This document shows positions 10,393 through 18,746 of a DNA stretch of 64,000 bases, piece by piece. Origin of the DNA: Lachnospiraceae bacterium. Lineage in GTDB: Bacteria > Bacillota > Clostridia > Lachnospirales > Lachnospiraceae. Position numbers and translations under genes: made by a program. Location: positions 214-64,213 of the forward strand of contig JAMPGL010000015.1 of NCBI GenBank assembly GCA_023663945.1, read 5' to 3'. The notes below the pieces were generated by a model, which did not search any database, was not told the DNA's origin, and saw nothing but the letters and a program-made list of their open reading frames with translations. Numbering within the stretch: the first letter of the stretch is position 1; every line of letters starts with the position of its first letter.

Positions 10393-10476
10393 AGAAGAAC
10401 ATACTAAAAACTCAAACAGAAGTAAAAGGAGTGATGTATAATGAAAGAGATTCAGATTAGAAGGAGGACAAAAGTT

Positions 10477-11580
10477 ATGAAAAAGGTAATATCCGTTGTT
10501 TTAGTTCTCAGCCTGCTGTTTCTTATGACAGCATGCGGGGCAAATATTACGCCGGATGATGATGCACCTGCTGCTGCACCGCCATCCGTGGATGATGAAA
10601 ATCTTGTTGAGTCGTCGTCCCTGGATAATGAAAGCCCTGTAGAGCCATCGTCTGTTGAAGATGTGAGCCCTGTAGAGTCATCGTCTGTTGAAGATGTGAG
10701 CCCTGCAGCCCCGTCGTCTGTTGTCTATTTCACATCGGATATTTCTCCGGAGGGAATGACAGCGGTTTATGAAGCCCTTGGATGGACGCCTGCCGAAAAT
10801 GTTGCTGTAAAGCTTTCCACAGGCGAACCACCGGCGAGTAATTATCTGCGGCCTGAACTGATCGGAGAACTTGTGCAGTCTGTGGATGGCACAATTGTTG
10901 AGTGTAATACGGCGTATGGCGGATCCCGAACCGAGACCGCTATGCATATGCAGGTGGCAGAAGATCATGGTTTTACGGCGATTGCCAATGTGGATATTCT
11001 CGATGCAGAAGGTTCGGTGCAGCTTACGGTAGACGGCGGAAGCTATCTGGAAACGAACTACGTGGGTTCTCATTTCACTAATTATGATTCCTATGTTGTT
11101 CTTTCTCACTTTAAAGGCCATGCAATGGCGGGCTTCGGCGGCGCAATCAAGAATATTTCCATTGGTCTTGGTTCACAGGAAGGCAAGTGCCTGATTCACA
11201 CCGGAGGGCAGAGTCATACCAGTCCTTGGGGCGGAGACCAGACTGCGTTCACGGAATCTATGGCGGAGGCGGGGAAGTCCGTATCCGATTATCTCGGAAA
11301 CGGGGAACGCATCGTTTACATCAATGTCCTCAATAACATTTCCATCGACTGCGACTGTGATGGAAATCCTTCCGAGCCGGATATTCATGACATTGGAATC
11401 CTTGCGTCAACCGATCCCGTGGCAATTGATCAAGCGTCAATCGACCTGTGTTTTGCCGCTGAGGGCAGTGAGAGCCTGCAGCAGAGGGTGGAAAGACAGA
11501 ACGGGATCCACACGCTGGAGCACGCGCAGGAGATTGGGCTTGGCAGCCGCAGCTACGAGCTGGTGGACATTGATGAATGA
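10477..11580 (+). CDS. DUF362 domain protein, predicted lipoprotein
   Basis: Lipobox LMTAC; VAVKLSTGE, ECNTAYGGSR, SHFKGHAMAGFGGAIKNISIG, CDC, DIGILASTDPVAIDQAS; RBS AGGAGG. Confidence 0.85.
   Translation: MKKVISVVLVLSLLFLMTACGANITPDDDAPAAAPPSVDDENLVESSSLDNESPVEPSSVEDVSPVESSSVEDVSPAAPSSVVYFTSDISPEGMTAVYEALGWTPAENVAVKLSTGEPPASNYLRPELIGELVQSVDGTIVECNTAYGGSRTETAMHMQVAEDHGFTAIANVDILDAEGSVQLTVDGGSYLETNYVGSHFTNYDSYVVLSHFKGHAMAGFGGAIKNISIGLGSQEGKCLIHTGGQSHTSPWGGDQTAFTESMAEAGKSVSDYLGNGERIVYINVLNNISIDCDCDGNPSEPDIHDIGILASTDPVAIDQASIDLCFAAEGSESLQQRVERQNGIHTLEHAQEIGLGSRSYELVDIDE
10576..10723 (+). repeat. 33-bp tandem repeat (~4.5 copies) encoding an acidic Ser/Pro linker
   Basis: Units at 10576, 10609, 10642, 10675, 10708; e.g. 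GAGCCATCGTCTGTTGAAGATGTGAGCCCTGTA (EPSSVEDVSPV). Confidence 0.85.
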
Positions 11581-12487
11581 GATGTTTGAAATCCTCCAAC
11601 GGGAATTTGTTTATGTCAGTTATTACTTTATGGTTCAGCTCCGGCAGATTGCCGGATACTGGATTCTTGGCATGGTCATCGGCTCTCTGGTTTCGGTGTT
11701 CGCCAAGGACGCCATTCACGGAGCCTTCGACCGTATCCGGGATAAAAAGTGGGGAATCTGGGGCGTGATTCCTGCAAGCCTGCTGGGGGTTGCATCGCCC
11801 CTTTGCATGTACGGCACAATCCCTATTGCGGCGTCCTTTTCCCGGCATGGAATGCGGGATGACTGGCTGGCGGCGTTTATGATGTCCAGCGTACTCTTAA
11901 ATCCCCAGCTTATCATGTATTCAACGACGCTTGGAGCTGCAGCGCTGGCAATCCGCATCATTTCCTGCACAGTCTGTGGGATTGTGGCAGGGGTTGCAGT
12001 GCATATTTTTTATAAAAAGGAGTCCTTTTTCAATTTTGAAGGATTTGAGCCCCGGGCAAGCCATGATACCCATCCGAACCTGCTTTTGCGGTTTCTGTTT
12101 AATTTGGGCAGGAATGTTAAGGCGACGGCACTCTGGTTTCTTGTTGGAGTGCTGCTTTCCGCACTTTTTCAACGGTATGTTCCGGCGGAAGGGTTTGCAG
12201 AGCTGTTCGGAAAATCCAATGAAGGTTTTGGGGTTTTGATGGCGGCGACCATCGGCGTGCCTCTCTATGCCTGCGGCGGAGGCACGATTCCGCTGATTCG
12301 GGAATGGCTGGCGATGGGTATGAGCATGGGCAGTGCATCGGCATTTATGATTACCGGTCCGGCGACAAAGATTACGAACCTTGGCGCATTGAAGATTGTG
12401 CTTGGTCTTAAGCGGTTTATCCTTTATATCGCTTTTGTGATGGCATTTTCCCTTGTGACAGGGCTGATTGTGAATCTGATATTGTAA
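11573..12487 (+). CDS. Permease (DUF318/ArsP-like)
   Basis: Twin motifs SPLCMYGTIP and GVPLYACGGGTIP; multi-TM; ATG 11573 overlaps the upstream stop. Confidence 0.85.
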   Translation: MNEMFEILQREFVYVSYYFMVQLRQIAGYWILGMVIGSLVSVFAKDAIHGAFDRIRDKKWGIWGVIPASLLGVASPLCMYGTIPIAASFSRHGMRDDWLAAFMMSSVLLNPQLIMYSTTLGAAALAIRIISCTVCGIVAGVAVHIFYKKESFFNFEGFEPRASHDTHPNLLLRFLFNLGRNVKATALWFLVGVLLSALFQRYVPAEGFAELFGKSNEGFGVLMAATIGVPLYACGGGTIPLIREWLAMGMSMGSASAFMITGPATKITNLGALKIVLGLKRFILYIAFVMAFSLVTGLIVNLIL

Positions 12488-12603
12488 ATGAAGAAGTATA
12501 AACCTAAACGTATATAGTGAAAAACTTTTTGAGATTTCTCACGGGATTCTGTTTCTGCTAAAATATAGAAGAATTGACTGAGATGAAGGAAGGAGAGAGC
12601 AGT

Positions 12604-13491
12604 ATGGAATATGTAACGTTATCAAATGGAGTAAAAATGCCGATTTTAGGCTATGGCGTTTATCAGGTGACTGCCGATGAATGCGAGAGGTGCGTGCTGG
12701 ATGCATTGGAAGCGGGCTATCGTTCTATTGACACGGCACAGAGTTATTTCAACGAGGAGCAGGTAGGATCTGCCATCTGTAAATCCGGCGTGAAGCGTGA
12801 GGATATTTTCCTGACAACAAAGGTGTGGGTGGAGCATTACGGCTACGAGGAATGCCGGAAGTCCGTGGAGGAATCCCTGCGAAAGCTCAAGACGGATTAT
12901 ATCGACTTAATGCTGCTGCATCAGCCTTTTAACGATTATTACGGGGCATACAGGGCTTTGGAAGACCTGTATGAGGAAGGAAAGCTTAGGGCAATCGGCA
13001 TTTCCAATTTTTATCCGGACCGCATGGTAGATATTGCTTCCTTTGCCCGTATCCGTCCAATGGTAAATCAGGTGGAAACCCATGTCCTGAACCAGCAGAC
13101 AGAAGCAAAGAAATGGATGGATAAGTATGGAGTGCAGATTGAAGCGTGGGCGCCTTTTGGAGAGGGGCGCGGCGGTCTGTTTACCAATGAAACGCTGGTT
13201 CAGATTGGCGAAAAGTATGGTAAGACCTCTGCACAGGTTATGCTCCGCTGGAATATTCAGCGCGGAGTAGTCGTGCTTCCCAAATCCACCCATAAGGAGC
13301 GCATGATCCAGAATCTGGACGTGTTTGATTTTGCGCTGACGGATGAGGATATGACGGCAATTGCTGCTCTTGATACGGCAGCCAGCTCCTTCTTCTCCCA
13401 TTACGACCCGAATATGGTGGAGTGGTTTGTGAAGATGGTGGAAGAGCGGAAACAACAGCACGACAGCAGTAAAGAAAAGAAGAACTGGTAA
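12604..13491 (+). CDS. Aldo/keto reductase (2,5-DKG reductase-like)
   Basis: MPILGYGVYQ, IDTAQSYFNE, YIDLMLLHQP, LPKSTHKERM. Confidence 0.95.
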   Translation: MEYVTLSNGVKMPILGYGVYQVTADECERCVLDALEAGYRSIDTAQSYFNEEQVGSAICKSGVKREDIFLTTKVWVEHYGYEECRKSVEESLRKLKTDYIDLMLLHQPFNDYYGAYRALEDLYEEGKLRAIGISNFYPDRMVDIASFARIRPMVNQVETHVLNQQTEAKKWMDKYGVQIEAWAPFGEGRGGLFTNETLVQIGEKYGKTSAQVMLRWNIQRGVVVLPKSTHKERMIQNLDVFDFALTDEDMTAIAALDTAASSFFSHYDPNMVEWFVKMVEERKQQHDSSKEKKNW

Positions 13492-13508
13492 CATAAGGAG
13501 GGTGAAAA

Positions 13509-14363
13509 ATGAGTAATCAAGCATGCGTAACACTTAATAACGGCGTACAGATGCCGCTGGTGGGCATTGGAACCTTTCTGCTTTCCCCGGATGAGGCGGA
13601 AAACTCCTGCGTCAGCGCCCTGAAGGACGGCTATCGTCTGATTGATACTGCAAACGCCTATATGAACGAAAAAGCAGTAGGGCGTGCCATGAAAAAGTCA
13701 GGCGTGCCCAGAGAGGAGATTTTCCTTGAAACAAAGCTGTGGCCGTCCTTCTATGAACAGGAGGATGCTGTGGAAAAGACGTTAGAGCGCCTTGACACTG
13801 ACTATATCGATCTGCTTCTGATTCATCAGCCTGCCGGAAATTATATTGCAGGGTACAGGCTGATGGAAAAAGCATACAGGGCAGGAAAGGTGAAAGCTAT
13901 CGGTCTTTCCAACTTTACAGCAGAGCAGGTTCAGGAGATACTTGACGTTTGTGAAGTAAAACCCGCGGTTTTACAGACAGAAGTACATCCTTATTCTCAG
14001 GAAAAAGAGCTGAAAGAGTTTCTTGACAGGGAAGGAATTATCATTCAGGCATGGTATCCGCTGGGACACGGCGACAAGGCGCTCCAGCAGGAAAACGTGT
14101 TTACTGACCTTGCTGCGAAGTATGGCAAATCCAATGCCCAGATTATTCTGCGCTGGCATACTCAGGCGGGCAACATTGTTATTCCCGGCTCCAAGAATCC
14201 TGACCATATCCGCGCAAACTTTGACATTTTTGATTTCGCCCTGACAGATGAGGAAATGGCTAAAATCGCTGGATTAAATAAAGATGTGCGGTATTATCAC
14301 AGCACGCCCGAAATACTGGAAGGTTATGTGAAGATGGTTCCTCCGGTAGACGAGCAGAAGTAA
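13509..14363 (+). CDS. Aldo/keto reductase (2,5-DKG reductase-like)
   Basis: MPLVGIGTF, LIDTANAYMNE, YIDLLLIHQP, IPGSKNPDHI. Confidence 0.95.
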   Translation: MSNQACVTLNNGVQMPLVGIGTFLLSPDEAENSCVSALKDGYRLIDTANAYMNEKAVGRAMKKSGVPREEIFLETKLWPSFYEQEDAVEKTLERLDTDYIDLLLIHQPAGNYIAGYRLMEKAYRAGKVKAIGLSNFTAEQVQEILDVCEVKPAVLQTEVHPYSQEKELKEFLDREGIIIQAWYPLGHGDKALQQENVFTDLAAKYGKSNAQIILRWHTQAGNIVIPGSKNPDHIRANFDIFDFALTDEEMAKIAGLNKDVRYYHSTPEILEGYVKMVPPVDEQK

Positions 14364-14436
14364 AAAGGGAAGGTATATCCAGCTTTGTAACAGGGCAGAT
14401 TCAGGAGATACATGCCGTTTGTGAAGTTAAAGCCGG

Positions 14437-15255
14437 CTATTTATTTTTATAAAATTTATTATGCCATTTGACAGCTTCCTCGCGGTATTTTATGGCAGTG
14501 TTCATAAGCTCTTCGTACTGTCTGCGGATGCTTTGGATTAATTGATCGCGGGCGGAAAGATCCGATTGCAGCTTGGAGATTTGTTTTTGCGCCTCGGAAA
14601 GAAGCTCTTCGTTCTTGTTCCGTTCCGCTTGTGCAAAAGAGAGCATTTCCTGAGTTTTATTAAGCTTGTCGCATTGGAGCGATTCATTGATTGTAAAGAT
14701 ATATTCTTCCCTATCATGGGACTCCCTATCGTGGGACTTCCCATCGTGGGACAGATGTACAAGGAGCGCTCCATCGACAGGCAAAATGTGAAGTGCGGGC
14801 AGTGAACGGAATACTGCTTCGCCGGAGGCAGAGGGCGATGCTTCTGACGAAAAAAGAGTTCCTGAAAGTAAGAGCTTTTGTTCCGGTTGAAGCGGAAGGA
14901 GCGATTTCAGGCAGTAGCTGTTATTGACCGGATTTTTGACAAAATAGAACAGAATCAGCGTTTTGCGGATTACTGCAATCTGCGGGTAAAAGCAGTCCGG
15001 CGTGTTGCGGCTGCTTATGATGTATAAATTATTTTGCTCAATAACGCTCCGGAGTACGATATCCCGGTTTGTGTTTTGATAGACGTAGTAGATGGTGTCA
15101 TTATAAACCAGATCGGAAAGATTTGAAGCATAGTCATTGCAAAGAATAATAGGCCTGCTCAGGTTTTCTCCTGCCGAGGTTCTTAAACAGATATAATTTC
15201 CGGTACTGTACAGGATTAGATTTTTTTCCGCGTCAACTGCATATACATTTCCCAT
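14437..15255 (-). CDS. Hypothetical protein with C-terminal coiled coil (probable sporulation protein)
   Basis: 272-aa ORF, RBS GAGG; sigmaE-like promoter upstream; 15-bp triple repeat at 14709-14752 (SHDGKSHDRESHDRE). Confidence 0.65.
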   Translation of the reverse strand: MGNVYAVDAEKNLILYSTGNYICLRTSAGENLSRPIILCNDYASNLSDLVYNDTIYYVYQNTNRDIVLRSVIEQNNLYIISSRNTPDCFYPQIAVIRKTLILFYFVKNPVNNSYCLKSLLPLQPEQKLLLSGTLFSSEASPSASGEAVFRSLPALHILPVDGALLVHLSHDGKSHDRESHDREEYIFTINESLQCDKLNKTQEMLSFAQAERNKNEELLSEAQKQISKLQSDLSARDQLIQSIRRQYEELMNTAIKYREEAVKWHNKFYKNK

Positions 15256-15294
15256 AGAGTTCCCTCATTTTACATAATATTTCTTTTTCCTATC

Positions 15295-15332
15295 ATTATA
15301 TGGCACATGATAAGAAAAAATGACATATTATA
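15295..15332. promoter_or_regulatory. Overlapping divergent sigmaE-like (-) and sigmaK-like (+) promoters
   Basis: + strand: CACA-N16-CATATTATA (15304-15332); - strand: TCATTTT-N14-CATATAAT (15323-15295); both match Bacillus/Clostridium mother-cell consensus spacing. Confidence 0.6.
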
Positions 15333-15366
15333 AAGTAAAATAACTGGAAAGAAGAGTAAATGATTT

Positions 15367-16368
15367 ATGGCGAAATGTAAATCAGGAAAATGTGGATGCA
15401 AGGCAAGGATTGTCAGCAATGTGGTTCAGAATATGCAGGGTGATAACTGTATAGACGTATGTGTTAATCCAATCTGTGAGACTCCTAAGGTACTGAGCCT
15501 TATGGCGCCATTGATTTATGACGAAATCGGAATTAATCTCTGTGCGTCTTTTGCGCTGGGGACGGATATTTCAACAACTTATCCAACCGCGGTGTCGGCA
15601 ACGGCGCATGTGCTGAATATCGATTATACCTATGGGGATGGAGATGTTGTGATTGAGGCGATTACAGGCAGGCCGAACTGCTATGTTGTTACCTTGTCGA
15701 ATCTTTCAATCGAATTTGCAGTCAATCTTTATGATGAGAACTGCCGGCTGCTTGATACGCTTTATCCTACGGCTGTTTATCTGCCGCCGGAAACGACAGC
15801 GGCGACCTATGATGAAGACACAAATCCGACCTCTGTGGAACTGGAGATTTTTGCTCCGTACGGAATCAGTTATGATGCAGGAGCAACCGCTGATGCGGAT
15901 CCGACTCCGAATATCAATTATGTTGGTTTTTTGGGAAGCAATAATTATATCAGACAAGGTCTGAATCTCTATGCGATGGCGAAGGTTCTGGGATTTGATG
16001 CGGATGATGACACGGTTACTGTGGGTCTGACGCTTGTTCTACAGAGTCTGTATTTTGCAGGATACCGTGTGGAGAGTGCAGGCAGAATCAACACACCGAA
16101 GGGAAGCCTGATTACGCCGGATAACAGCAGCTGTCTGCAATTTGTTGCAGGCGATCTGCTGGATTTGGCAATCAAGCCCTTGGAGCTTGGTCCTCCGCTT
16201 TGTGAGGAGCGGTATAAAGAAAGCTGTAATACTACGTGCACCTCACGGTGCGGTGCGGGATCCGGCGCAGGCGATGATACGACCGTTCTCCCCGGCATTG
16301 GAGGCGGAACCGCGGCTGCTGGTGGAAATACCGGTGATACGGGAAATACTGGAAATACAGGAAGCTGA
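15367..16368 (+). CDS. Hypothetical Cys-rich-terminus protein, probable spore coat/exosporium component
   Basis: N-term MAKCKSGKCGC, C-term CNTTCTSRC then G/N/T triplets (GNTGDTGNTGNTGS); sigmaK-like promoter. Confidence 0.6.
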   Translation: MAKCKSGKCGCKARIVSNVVQNMQGDNCIDVCVNPICETPKVLSLMAPLIYDEIGINLCASFALGTDISTTYPTAVSATAHVLNIDYTYGDGDVVIEAITGRPNCYVVTLSNLSIEFAVNLYDENCRLLDTLYPTAVYLPPETTAATYDEDTNPTSVELEIFAPYGISYDAGATADADPTPNINYVGFLGSNNYIRQGLNLYAMAKVLGFDADDDTVTVGLTLVLQSLYFAGYRVESAGRINTPKGSLITPDNSSCLQFVAGDLLDLAIKPLELGPPLCEERYKESCNTTCTSRCGAGSGAGDDTTVLPGIGGGTAAAGGNTGDTGNTGNTGS

Positions 16369-16406
16369 TTCCCGTATGCCTGCATCGGGACTGCCGGCTG
16401 GCTGAA

Positions 16407-16504
16407 GGGAAGTAAAAGTATGGAGCTGTTGCAAAGTGGCTTAAAAAGCTGCCGGAGCGACAGCTCCTTTTTGTGCCTGAAACAAAAAGACTTTCTGCTT
16501 TTTT
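16407..16504 (+). repeat. 98-bp direct repeat, copy 1 (contains terminator-like hairpin)
   Basis: Identical to 18606-18703 except 2 nt; GGAGCTGTTGC...GCGACAGCTCC + TTTTT. Confidence 0.95.
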
Positions 16505-16692
16505 AAGTTCCCCATTTTTAAAATACGAATGCTCCGGAATCCTCTATTTTTATTATCACAGAGGAAAAATGGGGAACTCAAAGAAATTATAAGAGGAGGA
16601 TGCCATGTATATTTTTAGAGTATGGATTACTGGAAAAAACGGTGAAGGAATATATGCCAGTTAATGTAACTGCCTGCATATTTGATATGGAT

Positions 16693-16724
16693 ATAAAAGC
16701 TCTGGAATAATCCAGAGCTTTTAT
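16693..16724. terminator. Perfect 14-bp hairpin, probable bidirectional terminator
   Basis: ATAAAAGCTCTGGA-ATAA-TCCAGAGCTTTTAT downstream of hicB (-). Confidence 0.75.
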
Positions 16725-16787
16725 GATAACTACAACATTTTTTAATGCCCTATAGGCACAGTTTTAAGCAATTGAAAACCTCTTCCA

Positions 16788-17165
16788 TCAGGTCTGTATT
16801 TTGGAGAGAAGCGCTTCCTGCAAAATTTGGGAAAAGTTCAGTCCCATAGATACGGCGCGGTCATTTAACCATGAAGGAATAGTCAAAGTTTTCTTGACTG
16901 CCTTTGTATTTTTATATTGGTTAATATCGCATGATACGAGTGTTGAAAAACCATCTTCCGGATGATAGGCGGAAATGTCGGACGGAGTGGCAATGTCTTT
17001 TTCCTGCTCCAATACTGTCATGAGATAACCGGCAAGAGCTTCCTGCGCCATTTCCATAGTTTCCGGGACGGTAGAACCGTAACTGTAGCAACCTTTCAGA
17101 TCAGGAAATTCTACCCAATAGGATTCATTTTCCTTGTGAAAGATAGTGGGATACACAAAAATCAT
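16788..17165 (-). CDS. hicB: HicB family antitoxin (no adjacent hicA)
   Basis: FVYPTIFHKE..YWVEFPDLKGCYSYG.TVPETMEMAQEAL; C-term RHH-like KKTLTIPSWLN..A..LNFSQILQEAL; RBS GGAGG. Confidence 0.9.
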   Translation of the reverse strand: MIFVYPTIFHKENESYWVEFPDLKGCYSYGSTVPETMEMAQEALAGYLMTVLEQEKDIATPSDISAYHPEDGFSTLVSCDINQYKNTKAVKKTLTIPSWLNDRAVSMGLNFSQILQEALLSKIQT

Positions 17166-17268
17166 AGTGAAACCTCCTTGCATCAATAACTATAACACGC
17201 ATTACACGTATTGCCAACGACAAAATACGTGCTATACATATTTTGCTCTATATTACTTTATTTATACG

Positions 17269-17434
17269 CTAGTGTACTGACACGTTCATCTTTGAACTAA
17301 CAGTACGACCTATATCGCCATCTGTTGCGTTGTCATCGGTCAACGATGCCACCGCATCGCCTCCCTCTTCCGCCTTGCAGAGTGACGATATATCCCGCAC
17401 TGTTAGTTCAAAGATGAACGTGTCAGTACACTAG
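17269..17434. mobile_element. 166-bp MITE-like element with perfect 36-bp terminal inverted repeats ending in CTAG
   Basis: CTAGTGTACTGACACGTTCATCTTTGAACTAACAGT (17269-17304) and its exact reverse complement (17399-17434); no ORF. Confidence 0.8.
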
Positions 17435-17500
17435 AAGCAGAAAAGGATATTGCAGAAAATGAAACCGTTTTGCATAATGCTATAAATTGGGAATAAGGAG
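17433..17500 (+). pseudogene. 3' remnant of the 70-aa antitoxin-like gene
   Basis: 68 bp identical to 24500-24567 (EAEKDIAENETVLHNAINWE*). Confidence 0.85.
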
Positions 17501-17721
17501 CTGATTAAAATTTCAAGCTGGCATCAAGGGTATTTTTATGTGACAGATGTATGCAGTGCAATTGGTGTTATTCTATTTTGGGATTGAAAAAATCTAACTC
17601 ATCACTTGACAATGTTGTATGGATTTGATAAGTTTCGACAAATTATGACATCATAATATAGAAACATCTTGTTTCAGATGCTTTTAGGTCATAGTAGATC
17701 GTGTCTTGGAATGAGAGACAT

Positions 17722-17904
17722 TCATAATGATTTTTGCAATTTATGCTCCTGTATTTTTTTGTGTACTTCCAATCCGCGGCTGTTGTAATAGTCAATCCGC
17801 TCTTGCAGAGTCATATCTTTTGTTTGGTAATAATTATATTCCCTTAATTTATGGATGTCTTCAATGGTAAAATTGGGACTTAAAATCGGTTTATTCATAA
17901 TCAT
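17722..17904 (-). CDS. Small protein coupled to PIN gene (putative antitoxin)
   Basis: 60 aa; ATGA overlap with PIN stop; charged helical sequence. Confidence 0.6.
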   Translation of the reverse strand: MIMNKPILSPNFTIEDIHKLREYNYYQTKDMTLQERIDYYNSRGLEVHKKIQEHKLQKSL

Positions 17905-18377
17905 TCCTCACTGTCCAATAATACAGATGGGTTTAAAATTTCAATTGGCTTATGACCTTTTAAATTGGTTATAGCCCGTATGCCTCTGATTGTTTTTATA
18001 TTTACAATATGTTTAAAATTCCATGATATGATACAATCACATTCACTGATGATTGCTGCTCCGATATGTTGGCAGTCGTCATAGCTTTTCTTTGTAAGTA
18101 TGCCCATTTTAATGATCTGTTCAGCTATTTCTGCAACATTGTTGTTAATCTGGACTAATGTGTAATTAATTTCTTCCAGACAGTTTAAAAGGTGACTTCG
18201 CTTTGGCTCAGGGCAGTCTTCAATTTCTTCAAGAGTTACTGTGGACAGATATACATCATATTTTTCTTTGCGGAACATTTCCCATAGTTGTCTGGTATCG
18301 GCCATTTTTTCTGGTGCATCTTCTTGAGATAGATGGCTAATAACTGATGTATCCAGATAAACTTTTAATTTATTCAA
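17901..18377 (-). CDS. PIN domain protein (VapC-like)
   Basis: KVYLDTSVIS, STVTLEEI, DDCQHIGAA, IISWNFKHIVN; RBS GAGGTG before TTG. Confidence 0.9.
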   Translation of the reverse strand: MNKLKVYLDTSVISHLSQEDAPEKMADTRQLWEMFRKEKYDVYLSTVTLEEIEDCPEPKRSHLLNCLEEINYTLVQINNNVAEIAEQIIKMGILTKKSYDDCQHIGAAIISECDCIISWNFKHIVNIKTIRGIRAITNLKGHKPIEILNPSVLLDSEE

Positions 18378-18605
18378 AATTATCACCTCGCAATGTTTTT
18401 CGTGATTAAAGTATACAAAAGATTTCTAATAAAAACAATGGAAACTGAAAATTTTTGAATTTGGCTTTTTCAATTTATGCAGATACATACGGCGCATCTG
18501 TTATTGTATATAAAGCTATACATAAAACACAAAATGTTGACAAAAAATTTTCAGCGTCTACAAGGGGTTGCTGGATTATTCTGTAAATTCTGCTTCTAAA
18601 CTTAG

Positions 18606-18703
18606 GGGAAGTAAAAGTATGGAGCTGCTGCAAAGTGGCTTAAAAAGCTGCCGGAACGACAGCTCCTTTTTGTGCCTGAAACAAAAAGACTTTCTGCTTT
18701 TTT
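18606..18703 (+). repeat. 98-bp direct repeat, copy 2
   Basis: Matches 16407-16504 with 2 substitutions, both weakening the hairpin stem. Confidence 0.95.
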
Positions 18704-18746
18704 GCATGGTACAATGGCAGTGTTGATGCTATAATAAAGCCTATAA

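Noticed and set aside
11324-11572. N-terminal extension of the permease ORF
   Set aside because: Overlaps the DUF362 gene out of frame; ATG 11573 at the stop overlap is the better start
16407-16504. 98-bp repeat as a c-di-GMP or other known riboswitch
   Set aside because: GCAAA is present but the GEMM P1/P2 and tetraloop-receptor pattern is not; an Rfam search would settle it
16600-16710. 36-aa ORF with TACIFDM-D resembling an AgrD autoinducer
   Set aside because: ATG directly abuts the RBS (no spacer), no amphipathic leader, no agrB/agrC nearby
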